Below are positions 11,089 through 19,508 of a stretch of DNA of 25,051 bases, in pieces. A program made the position numbers and the translations under genes. How positions within the stretch are numbered: the first letter of the stretch is position 1; each line of letters opens with the position of its first letter. Location: contig NZ_JAEDAM010000020.1 in NCBI RefSeq assembly GCF_018420025.1, forward strand, positions 1 through 25,051, read 5' to 3'. The notes beneath the pieces were generated by a model. The model had not been told where the DNA came from. It made no database searches and worked only from the letters and a program-made list of their open reading frames with translations. The DNA comes from Candidatus Vampirococcus lugosii (GTDB lineage: Bacteria > Patescibacteriota > Gracilibacteria > Absconditabacterales > Absconditicoccaceae).

Positions 11089-11721
11089 CTACGAAATAGA
11101 TTCTAATTTATTCAAAGAAGAAGAAAAGAATACTATTTTATTATGAGTAAGTAAATCATATGGATTAACATAATCTACATAAATATACTTAATATTAGGA
11201 ATATTTCTAAAAGATTTAATAGCAATATCATCTCATTTTGAAACAACTAATAATATTTTTTGTCAAGAAAGTCAATTATTATCCAAAGCTGAAACAGCAT
11301 TTTTTGTTTTAATATTATCAAAAGGAAAAGAATCAAAACAAAGTAATTGTCATTCTCTAGCTTTCAAAGTTAAAGAACCAAATAAAGCTTTTTTTCTAGC
11401 TTTTTTAGTCATATCTTTAGTAAAATTTCTAACATTTCTAGGTCAAAAAGATTTTCATCAATGCCTTCTGATTGGAGATGCAGCATCACCAACTCTAGCT
11501 CTTCAAGTTCATTTTTGTCTAAATAACTTCCTTCAAGATCAAACAACCTCTCATCTAGTTTTAACATGAGCTATATTTTTTCTAGAATTAGAAAGTTGTA
11601 AAAGAACAAATTCATGTATCAATTTTTTATTAATATTATCATCATTAAAAATAGAATCCGAAAGATTTCTAGTATCTATTTTTTCTCAATTAATATTAAA
11701 CACATCAACTGTATACGACAT
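11089..11721 (-). CDS. rplD: 50S ribosomal protein L4, 210 aa
   Basis: ...[46 protein letters not shown]. The stop is TAG at 11091-11089. Confidence 0.94.
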
Positions 11722-11764
11722 TTTCTATGTACTTAAATTAAATAAATTTTAAATAACTTAATAA

Positions 11765-12367
11765 TTATTTTAATTCCATTTTAACAAGCGAACCATAATA
11801 TCCAGGAACTGATCATTTAACAGCAACTAATGATTCATTATCAAATGAATATTTATTAATTATTTTAACATTTTTTAAAGAAATATTTGAAACTCACATA
11901 TGTCACGGCAATTTCTTACCTTTATTAACTCTTCTAGGTTTCATTCATCATATAGAACCAGGTCTCCTATGAAAATGTGATCAGTGACTTGATGGACCTC
12001 TAGAAAATCAATGCCTCTTAATAACTCATTGAAATCATTTACCTTTTGTAAGTCATTTAAGAAAAACAGTATCAAATCAATCCAAAAAAGAAAAATCTAA
12101 AACAGAACCTATTCCAAAATTTGATAAAACATCTTCACAAACTCTAAATTCAAAAACATTAGAATATTTTACTTTTTCTCATTTTTTTCTATCAAACTCT
12201 TTTTTTTCAGATCACACAATAATAGCAGTATATCAATCTTTTTCATTAGTTCTATGACCAATAACTTCTTGAGGAACTAATTTAAGTAAAGTTACTGGAA
12301 CATGTTTTCAGTCAATCCATAACTTTGTCATTTCTTGCTTTTTTAAAAGCATTCATCCCTTAGTCAT
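11765..12367 (-). CDS. rplC: 50S ribosomal protein L3, 200 aa
   Basis: MTKGGMLLKKQEMTKLWIDGKHVPVTLLKL...[52 protein letters not shown]. Confidence 0.95.
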
Positions 12368-12406
12368 AATTAATCATTTTTTTTTAAATTATTAAATTAA
12401 TTTCTA

Positions 12407-12727
12407 TTAATAAACTTTAACATCAACAGAAACTCAAACAGGAATCACTAAATTTTGAAGATACTCTACAGTTTTAGAACCTGTCTCTACAACATCAATA
12501 ACTCTAGAATAAGTTATTCTCTCAAATTGCTCTCTAGAATCTTTATAAACAAAATGAGCTTTCAAAACAGTATATTTTTTTATTTTTTTTGGTAAAGGAA
12601 TAGGTCATTTAAGCACTGCTCACGACTTAACCAAAAGTCACATAACTTTACCAACTGATCACTCCAAAGATTTAACATCATAACTTTTCAATTTTATTCT
12701 TAATTTAGGATTATTAGATTTTACCAT
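12407..12727 (-). CDS. rpsJ: 30S ribosomal protein S10, 106 aa
   Basis: ...LRIKLKSYDVKSLEGSVGKVMGLLVKSGAVLKGPIPLPKKIKKYTVLKAHFVYKDSREQFERITYSRVIDV. Confidence 0.95.
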
Positions 12728-12754
12728 TATTAGATTTAACTTATAAAACACGAA

Positions 12755-12773
12755 AAGGACAAAGAATGCCCTC
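12755..12773 (-). terminator. weak strand-specific hairpin between tuf and rpsJ (possible attenuator or partial terminator)
   Basis: On the minus-strand RNA, GAGGGCA-UUCUU-UGUCCUU forms a 7 bp stem with 2 G.U pairs, followed by UUUCGUGUUUU. On the + strand the same positions are A.C mismatches, so the structure is orientation-specific. It is the only GC-enriched patch of the 78 nt spacer. Confidence 0.3.
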
Positions 12774-12805
12774 TTCATGAAATTTAAATAATATAAAATT
12801 CCAAA

Positions 12806-13984
12806 TTAGTCATTTATACTTGTAACAACTCAAGCTCAAACAGTCCTACTTCACTCCCTTATAGCAAATCTCAAACCTTCTTCTATAGCAACTGAATAAA
12901 TTAATTCAACATTTATTTTTGCATTATCACCAGGCATAATCATTTCAGTTCATTCTGGCAAAGTAACTGTTCAAGTAACATCAGTAGTTCTTACATAAAA
13001 CTGAGGTTTATAACCTGACATAAAAGGAGTATGTCTACCTCACTCATCTTTTTTTAATACATAAACTTCTGCTTCAAATTTTTTATGAGGTTTCACAGAA
13101 TTAGGAACTGCCAACACTTGTCATCTTTCAACTTGATCTTTTTGAACACCTCTCAAAAGCAATCAAACATTCATTCAAGCTTCCGCTTCTTCATGCTGTT
13201 TATGAAACATTTCAATTCAAGTAACGGTTGTTTTTCTAGTATCTTCTTGAATTCAAACAATTTCAACTTCAGAATTTAATTTCAACACTCCTCTTTCTAT
13301 TCTTCATGTAACTACTGTTCATCTACCTTTAATAGAAAAAACATCTTCTACAGGCATCAAGAAAGGTTTTTCATTATCTCTATCTGGCATAGGAATATGC
13401 TCATCTAAAGCAGCCATAAGATCCCAAATAGGTTTAGCAGCTTCTTCATCATCAGGATTTTCCAAAGCCTTAAGACCAGAACCTCTTATTATAGTTGCAC
13501 TATCTCAATCATAATCATATTGACTCAAAAGATCTCTAATTTCCTCTTCTACTAATTCTAACATATCTTCATCATCAACCATATCTACTTTATTCAAAAA
13601 CACAACTACAGCTGGAACATTTACTTGTTTAGCCAAAAGTATATGTTCTCTAGTTTGAGGCATAGGACCATCTGGAGCAGAAACAACTAATATAGCACCA
13701 TCCATTTGAGCAGCACCCACAATCATGTTTTTAACATAATCAGCATGTCAAGGACAATCAATATGTGCATAGTGTCTATTATCAGTCTCATATTCCAAAT
13801 GTGCAGTATTTATAGTAATACCTCTTTCCTTTTCTTCAGGAGCTTTATCTATTTCATCAAATTTCAAAGGTTTAGCATAACCTTTTTTAGCTAAAACTTG
13901 AACTATAGCAGAACTTGTAGTAGTCTTACCATGATCAACATGACCAATTGTTCATACATTAACATGTGGTTTCTTTTCTGACAT
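12806..13984 (-). CDS. tuf: elongation factor Tu, 392 aa
   Basis: [22 protein letters not shown] (the G1 Gly at 13954-13952 is TGA), [50 protein letters not shown]. The track ORF 13505-13726 is an internal fragment. Confidence 0.97.
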
Positions 13985-14022
13985 AATATTTATTGTAATT
14001 AAATTATATAAAATGTTTATTC

Positions 14023-14050
14023 ATTATAAAAAAAATATAACTAATTTCAA
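14023..14050 (-). promoter_or_regulatory. sigma70-like promoter candidate for tuf and the r-protein operon
   Basis: On the minus strand: TTGAAA (14050-14045), a 16 nt spacer, then a consensus TATAAT (14028-14023), 38 nt upstream of the tuf ATG. Confidence 0.4.
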
Positions 14051-14130
14051 GAGATTCTTATTATTTAACTCAAATTAATAAACACAAAATCGGACAGAAA
14101 CAGACTTTAACTGAAACTAACCATATAAAA

Positions 14131-14207
14131 TGGTGGGCAGAGACAGATTTGAACTGTCGACCTCATCCTTATCAGAGATGCGCTCTAACCAACTGAGCTA
14201 CCTGCCC
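14131..14207 (-). tRNA. tRNA-Ile (anticodon GAU), CCA encoded
   Basis: Manual cloverleaf: GGGCAGG TA GCTC AGTTGGTTA GAGC G CATCT CTGATAA GGATG AGGTC GACAG TTCAAAT CTGTC TCTGCCC A CCA. Confidence 0.9.
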
Positions 14208-14211
14208 CAAA

Positions 14212-14285
14212 TCGGGGATGCGGGACTCGAACTCGCGACCTCTGGTTCCCAAAACCAGCGCTCTAGCCATCTGAGCTAATCCCCG
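14212..14285 (-). tRNA. tRNA-Pro (anticodon UGG)
   Basis: CGGGGAT TA GCTC AGATGGCTA GAGC G CTGGT TTTGGGA ACCAG AGGTC GCGAG TTCGAGT CCCGC ATCCCCG A. There is one A.C mismatch in the T-stem and no encoded CCA. Confidence 0.85.
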
Positions 14286-14297
14286 AAATCTTAAATA

Positions 14298-14369
14298 TGC
14301 CAAAGGGCAGGATCGAACTGCCGACACAAGGCTTTTCAGGCCTCTGCTCTACCACTGAGCTACTTTGGC
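14298..14369 (-). tRNA. tRNA-Phe (anticodon GAA)
   Basis: GCCAAAG TA GCTC AGTGGTA GAGC A GAGGC CTGAAAA GCCTT GTGTC GGCAG TTCGATC CTGCC CTTTGGC A. No CCA is encoded. Confidence 0.9.
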
Positions 14370-14386
14370 TAACAAAACAGTATTAG

Positions 14387-14416
14387 TATATATAAAGAAT
14401 TTTTATTAAAATTCAA
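14387..14416 (-). promoter_or_regulatory. promoter candidate for the tRNA cluster
   Basis: On the minus strand: TTGAAT (14416-14411), a 17-18 nt spacer, then TATATA/ATATAT (14393-14387). This lies about 20 nt upstream of the tRNA-Phe 5' end. The -10 is low-complexity A/T. Confidence 0.3.
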
Positions 14417-14678
14417 GACAAAATACGATTATTTTTAAAAAAGATTTTGAATTTAAAAATTTATTAGTATATAAATTACTTATAAAAAATATTTATTATA
14501 ACTAATCTTTGTAAATAAAAAATAGCAAGAACAAGTTAAGAACTGAAGAAAAAGAATTTAAAAATGTATTTTGTAGTGTCGAGTATTATTATATTTTCTC
14601 TTGAAATTATACTTTTTTCATTATAATGAAATGTATTATTTCTTGTTTTTTATTATTTTAAGTGGTAATAATTATAAT

Positions 14679-15333
14679 ATGTTTATTAAAAAAAGTACTC
14701 GCAAATATAATTGAAAAACTTATGTTACTCATTATCTTGTTGAATCTTTTAGAGATAAAGATACAAAAAAAGTAAAACATAGAAATATAGCTAATCTTTC
14801 TGAATTGCCTCCAAAATCAAAAAATATAAAAATGAGATTATGTTGATGTCTATAAATAGAATATTTGAACCTAAAAGTAAAAATGCTCTCAAAAATTGGT
14901 TAAAACAAATTGATTGAATAAAACAAATTAATGATAATAATCTATATAAAGCAATAGATTATCTTGAAGATAATCAAAATGATATAGAAAATAAATTATT
15001 CAAAAAAAGAAAAGATACTAATTGTAAATTATATTTATATGATATTACGAGTACATATTTTGAATAAAAAGCTGTTGAAATGGCAAAATATTGATATAGT
15101 AGAGATAAAAGCAATGATAGATTGCAAGTAAATATATGATTAGTAACAGATACTAATTGATATCCTATAAGTATAGAAATATTGGAATGAAATATAAATG
15201 ATAAATCTACACTACAATCAAAAGTAAATGAATTAAAAGAAAGATTTAAAATAAAAGAAATTACATTTGTTTTTGATAGGTGAATGAAAACATTTCATTT
15301 TAATATTAAAATATTAAAACTTAAATTATTGTA
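14679..15333 (+). pseudogene. IS1634/IS4-family DDE transposase remnant (fragmented and 3'-truncated)
   Basis: Fragment 1 (14679-14828) reads MFIKKSTRKYNGKTYVTHYLVESFRDKDTKKVKHRNIANLSELPPKSKI*, a typical N-terminus for this family. Fragment 2 is in another frame (from 14845): ...NRIFEPKSKNALKNWL...KLYLYDITSTYFE* with TAA at 15064-15066. It then continues AKYGYSRDKSNDRLQVNIGLVTDTNGYPISIEILEGNINDKSTL...ITFVFDRGM, and similarity ends near 15288. The C-terminal half, including the catalytic E, is absent. The family call is from memory of motif patterns. Confidence 0.7.
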
Positions 15334-15370
15334 AATTATTTTTATATCTTTTTAAAATTTAATTAATATA

Positions 15371-15398
15371 TTGAAAAGTAAATTAAATTATTTATATA
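15371..15398 (+). promoter_or_regulatory. promoter candidate for the mod-like gene
   Basis: TTGAAA (15371-15376), a 16 nt spacer, then TATATA (15393-15398), 34 nt upstream of ATG 15432. The geometry matches the candidates at 308 and 14050. Confidence 0.3.
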
Positions 15399-15431
15399 TA
15401 AAATAAATATTTACTTATAATTAATTAATAA

Positions 15432-18269
15432 ATGACAAACTCACTATCACAATTAAAAACATCTCTTAAAGAAATGTTTCAATTTCAAAATAATGACTTA
15501 AATTTTGGGATTTTTAAAATTTATAAACTCAAACAATCTGAAATAAAAAAATTTATAGATGATAATCTTGAAAATATTGTCCAAAAAGAATTACAAAAAG
15601 TTTCAAATCTTGAAGAAAAATTTGATATTTTGGAACTTGAATTATTTTTGAAATGATTTAATCAAGAAAAATTACTTGAAAATATTAATGAAAATTATGA
15701 AAAAATAAAATGAACTATAAATATTTTTTGAAATTGAGATAAAGAAAAACTGATAAAAATTTTAAAAAGTCAGAGAAATTCTTTTATAGAATGAGATTTG
15801 GAAAATAAGATTTATAATTATATTCTAAACTTTTTTGAACTGTATTATAGTGATTGAGATTTTGGATATAATACCAGAAGTCTAAACACTTACAAAATTG
15901 AATATGATGAAGATTATAATGGATCTGATATTATGTTTCACTGGAAGCATAAATGAAGTTATTACATAAAAACTTGAAATTGATTTAATAGTATAAATTT
16001 TGAACTACAAGATAAAAATATTGAATTTACTCTGGAAACAAATGAAGAAAGCGATGCAGAAGAACAATCACAAAATAATAATAGAGAAACAGAATTTAAA
16101 CATTATAAATTTAATAGAATAGAAAAAACTTGAAATAATAATTTCAAAGTTATTTTTAATTTATCAAAAACATCAACTCCAAAAGAAGAAATTTATAGAG
16201 CAATTTTTAAAGGAATATTAAATATAGAAATTGATGATAATTTTTTGTACAACAAAGAATGAAAAGAAATATTTAAAAGTCTTGATAAAAATTTTGGTAA
16301 AATAGAAAACTGAAACTTAAAATGATTTTCTCAACTAAAAATCAAAAAAGATGATTTAGTTAAAAAATATGACTCAAATTTTGGAAAATGAGAAAAAATA
16401 AATAAATTTTTTGATGAATTAGATGATAATATCAAAGAAGAAAAAATAATTAAAATTTTATGGAATTTAGATAATAAATTAAATAGTTTTTATATCGGAA
16501 GTGATAGTGATTTTTTTATTCATAAAGATTTAAAAGATTTCTTAACTAATGAAAAAGACAAATTTATAAAAAATAATATACTGTGAGATATAAATACAAT
16601 TCTAAACTCAAAAATAGATAATACAACACTGGTAATAGCAAAAACTTTTAATGAAATTTCAAGCAAAATAATAGAGTTTTTATCTGCAATAGAAGAATTT
16701 CAAAAGTGAATATTTGAAAGTAAAAAGAAAGTTTTGGTAAATGAATATTGTATAACTCTTGATAAAATAGATGAAAGTTTTTATACTGAAATACTTGAAA
16801 ATAAAGAACAAATACAAGAATGGAAAAATCTATGATTTATAGAAGATGAAAAAGTTTTGAATATTGAATATTTAAAAGCAAATCTTACTTTAAATATTGA
16901 CACAAAATTTTTCTCTCAAACTTTTAAAGATAATTTATTAAGTAATTTTGAAGATTTAGAAAATCAAACAAACGGAATACTTATAAACTCTGAAAACTAT
17001 CAAGCTCTAAGTTTGCTAAAAAATAAATACAGATGAAAAGTAAAGTGTATTTATATAGATCCTCCGTATAATACTTGAAAAAACTTTGTTTATAAAAATA
17101 GTTTTAGACATTCTTCTTGGATTTCTATGATGGAAAATAGATTATTAGAAGCAAAACAATTATTAACAAATGATTGAATAATTATTATAGCTATTGATGA
17201 TTTAGAAAGTGATAATTTAAGATTATTATGTGATAGTATTTTTTTAAAAGAAAATTTTATTTGAATAATAACAACTATTTGTAATCCTCAATGAAGAGTT
17301 GCAAACAAGACATCTAAAACCTGTGAATATAATTTAATTTATGCTAAAGATATTTTAAATATTTGAGAACTTATGGTTCCAAAAAATTGAATTACTTCAA
17401 ATGTAAATTTGAAAAGAACTTGAACTAATTCAAGAAGAGATGAAAGACCTAATAGATTTTATCCTATATTAATCAAAAATAATAAAATTACGATGATTAG
17501 TATGGATGAATATAATAAAATATATAGCAAAGAAGATAAAACATTTAATGATGATTTTTTGATTGATTTAGAAAAAAAATACTCTGATTTATGATATAGT
17601 TTCATCTTACCTAAAACTTTAAATTGAGAATATCTAGTTTGGCAAAGAACCTTTGACAGAGTATTATTAGAAAAAGATGAATATATTGTAAAATGAGATA
17701 GTGTATTTACACCTGCTTATGATGATGAAAAACCAAAAACTTGTTGGACTGATGCAAAATATTCTAATCCAGAATATGGTTCTGAATTATTAAAAAATAT
17801 TTTATGAGAAGTAAAATTTGAAACACCAAAGAGTGTATTTACTGTAAAAGATTTTATAATAACTTGTTCTTATAAAAACTCTATAATCCTTGATTTCTTC
17901 TCTTGATCTTGAACAACACAACATGCAGTTATAGAATTAAATAAAGAAGATTGATGAAATAGAAAATATATTTGAGTGGAGATAGGAGAGTATTTTGACT
18001 CTGTTACAAAGTCTAGAATTCAAAAAGTGATGTATACAAGTAATTGGAAAGATTGAATTCCTCAAGACAATAAATGAGTGAGTCAAATTATGAAATATCA
18101 AGTATTGGAACAATATGAAGATATGCTTGATAAACTTGAAATTGATAATGAAAAATTTCCTGAATGATTAGATTTAAAATATCTATACAAAAAAGAAGAA
18201 ATAAAACTAAAATCAACTCTTAATTTAAGAAAACCTTTTTTCAAATATTTATATTTATGGAAAAGCTAA
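15432..18269 (+). CDS. mod: type III Mod-like N6/N4 DNA methyltransferase with a long N-terminal extension; 945 aa as written (1052 aa if the T6 frameshift is repaired)
   Basis: Checked codon by codon, with no TAA/TAG before 18267. Motifs: GILINSENYQALSLLKNKYRGKVKCIYIDPPYNTG (DPPY at 17058-17069), HSSWISMMENRLLEAKQLLTNDGIIIIAIDD, and later [32 protein letters not shown] (FxGxG at 17895-17912, both Gly as TGA). The order IV-TRD-I is the beta-class arrangement typical of type III Mod. Residues 1 to about 520 precede the MTase core. Confidence 0.8.
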
Positions 18270-18591
18270 AAAAGAAACTCAAATTGATTTAATAGAAACT
18301 TATAACTATGCAAAATGAAACAATATTGAAAGTATTAAAACTTTTGAAATTAAAAATAAGTATTATAAAGCAGTAAAAACTTGAAATATCTTGCAAATTT
18401 GGAGAAATATAGAGGTCGGAGAAAATGATTTAGAAAATATAAAAGAAATTGTAAAAAAATATGATGATATAGAAGTTTTGGAAATAAATGTAGAGATTTA
18501 TAGTTTATCAAGAGATAAATTTGGACAATTAGAAATTTGATGAAAAAAATATGATATAGAAATAATTGATGAAAGTGTGTTTGGTGAATAA
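18241..18591 (+). other. out-of-frame (+1) continuation of the mod-like gene: its C-terminal 116 aa
   Basis: The frame is open from 18229 to TAA 18589-18591 and reads SNIYIYGKAKKETQIDLIETYNYAKGNNIES...EIGGKKYDIEIIDESVFGE. It has no start codon of its own. It joins the upstream frame if the T run at 18236-18241 is 5 T rather than 6. Confidence 0.7.
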
Positions 18592-18592
18592 A

Positions 18593-18620
18593 ATACCGTC
18601 GCCAAATTTGGCAACGGTAT
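18593..18620 (+). terminator. GC-rich hairpin immediately after the (repaired) mod stop
   Basis: ataccgtCgccaaa / tttggcAacggtat forms 14 nt arms with one C.A mismatch. T-rich sequence (agattttatttatttt) follows. It is a conspicuous GC island in the local AT-rich DNA. Confidence 0.55.
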
Positions 18621-18649
18621 AGATTTTATTTATTTTAAAAAATCAAAAT

Positions 18650-19288
18650 ATGAAAAAATGATATAATAAAATTGTGAAAGCAATAGAGGTTACTAAAAAA
18701 TATAATACTCAAGAAATTCAATTATTATCAGGATTATTTAGTTATTTAAATAATTTTGATATTGATTTGGATGATGAATGATTTTGAACTTGAGTTAGTG
18801 CAAAATGATTATGGAAACTTTTAAATCCTTTAACAAAAAACTGAACAAATCAAACTTTTGAAAAATGGTGGAATAGTGTTTCAAATACTGCAAGGTTAAA
18901 AGAAAATATAGATTTTGAAAAAAAAGAAGAAACTGAAATACAAGCCAAATCTACCACTTCCCAAAAATGAGAAGTGGGGATAAGACCAGTAAAAAAGATT
19001 GATTATATCTTAACTTTAAGAGCATGAGAATATTTTGCAGTTTTGACAAAATGAGATAGTGGAGATTTATATAGAAGATTTATTTTTGATATAAAAGATG
19101 AATTTTTAAGACTTGTTTTTAGATATTGAAAAAGTATAGAAACAAGAAGTGATTTTACTAAATCTATTTGAGATTTAGATTTTATGAAAAAACTAAAAAT
19201 TGAAAATAAAAAATCAGAGATGTGAAATATTTATTGAGAAATGACAAATCTTATATATTTAGAATTATTTTGAGTTATTTTGAGTTAA
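18650..19288 (+). pseudogene. AntA-like / ORF6C-like phage antirepressor-type protein, truncated by a 10 bp duplication (212 aa as written; 278 aa if one repeat copy is removed, ending at 19496)
   Basis: Checked codon by codon. The N-terminal part follows the AntA pattern (GVSAKGLWKLLNP...FEKWWNSV...ENIDF...GIRPVKKIDYILTLRAGEYFAVLTKGDSGDLYRRFIFDIKDEF). The C-terminal part follows the ORF6C-like pattern (ETRSDFTKSIGDL...NIYGEMTNLIYLELFG|VKANEFKELNK...). After the duplication the frame hits TAA at 19286, while the remainder stays open in another frame from 19284 to 19496. Domain calls are from remembered consensus patterns, not from a search. Confidence 0.6.
19265..19284 (+). repeat. perfect 10 bp tandem duplication TTATTTTGAG x2
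   Basis: Positions 19265-19274 and 19275-19284 are identical. Deleting one copy restores a single 279-codon ORF (18650-19496). Confidence 0.95.
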
Positions 19289-19508
19289 AGCAAATGAATT
19301 TAAAGAATTAAATAAGATAGAACAAAAATATTTTGCTAAAGATTTTTTTACAAAAGATTGATTATTTGATTTAGAAAAATTAGAAAATAAATTATCTTGA
19401 GTAATTCTTTTTACTGAACCAAAAGACAGAAAAGAATTAAAAGAATTAATAATTGAATTTTTAAACAAACAAGTAAAATTAAAATTTATAGAATAATCTA
19501 AAAAAATA

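Noticed and set aside
4363-13894. Plus-strand track ORFs 4363-4587, 7528-7752, 10517-10702, 13085-13279 and 13706-13894, taken as possible genes
   Set aside because: Each lies antisense to a well-supported ribosomal-protein or tuf gene. They encode low-complexity S/F/I/L-rich peptides and have no independent support. They are shadow ORFs of AT-rich coding DNA.
14212-14285. tRNA-Pro as a pseudogene because of an A.C mismatch in the T-stem
   Set aside because: The acceptor, D and anticodon stems, the conserved GTTCGA T-loop, the G53-C61 pair and the UGG anticodon loop are all intact. A single internal mismatch is common in functional tRNAs.
14400-14678. Possible small ORFs or ncRNA in the 280 nt gap between the tRNA cluster and the IS remnant
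   Set aside because: All six frames are riddled with TAA/TAG; the longest ATG ORF is about 20 codons (from 14565). No stable stem-loops or conserved RNA motifs were recognisable by eye. It is probably degraded IS-flanking DNA.
18236-18241. Programmed +1 ribosomal frameshift, transcriptional slippage or phase variation at the T6 run in mod
   Set aside because: UUU_U re-pairing is possible. However, the 0-frame next codon (TTC) is not a stop or an obviously rare codon, and no stimulatory structure is evident. Six T is shorter than tracts known to slip efficiently. A mutation or homopolymer sequencing error is more parsimonious, and it is kept as a finding only for read-level checking.
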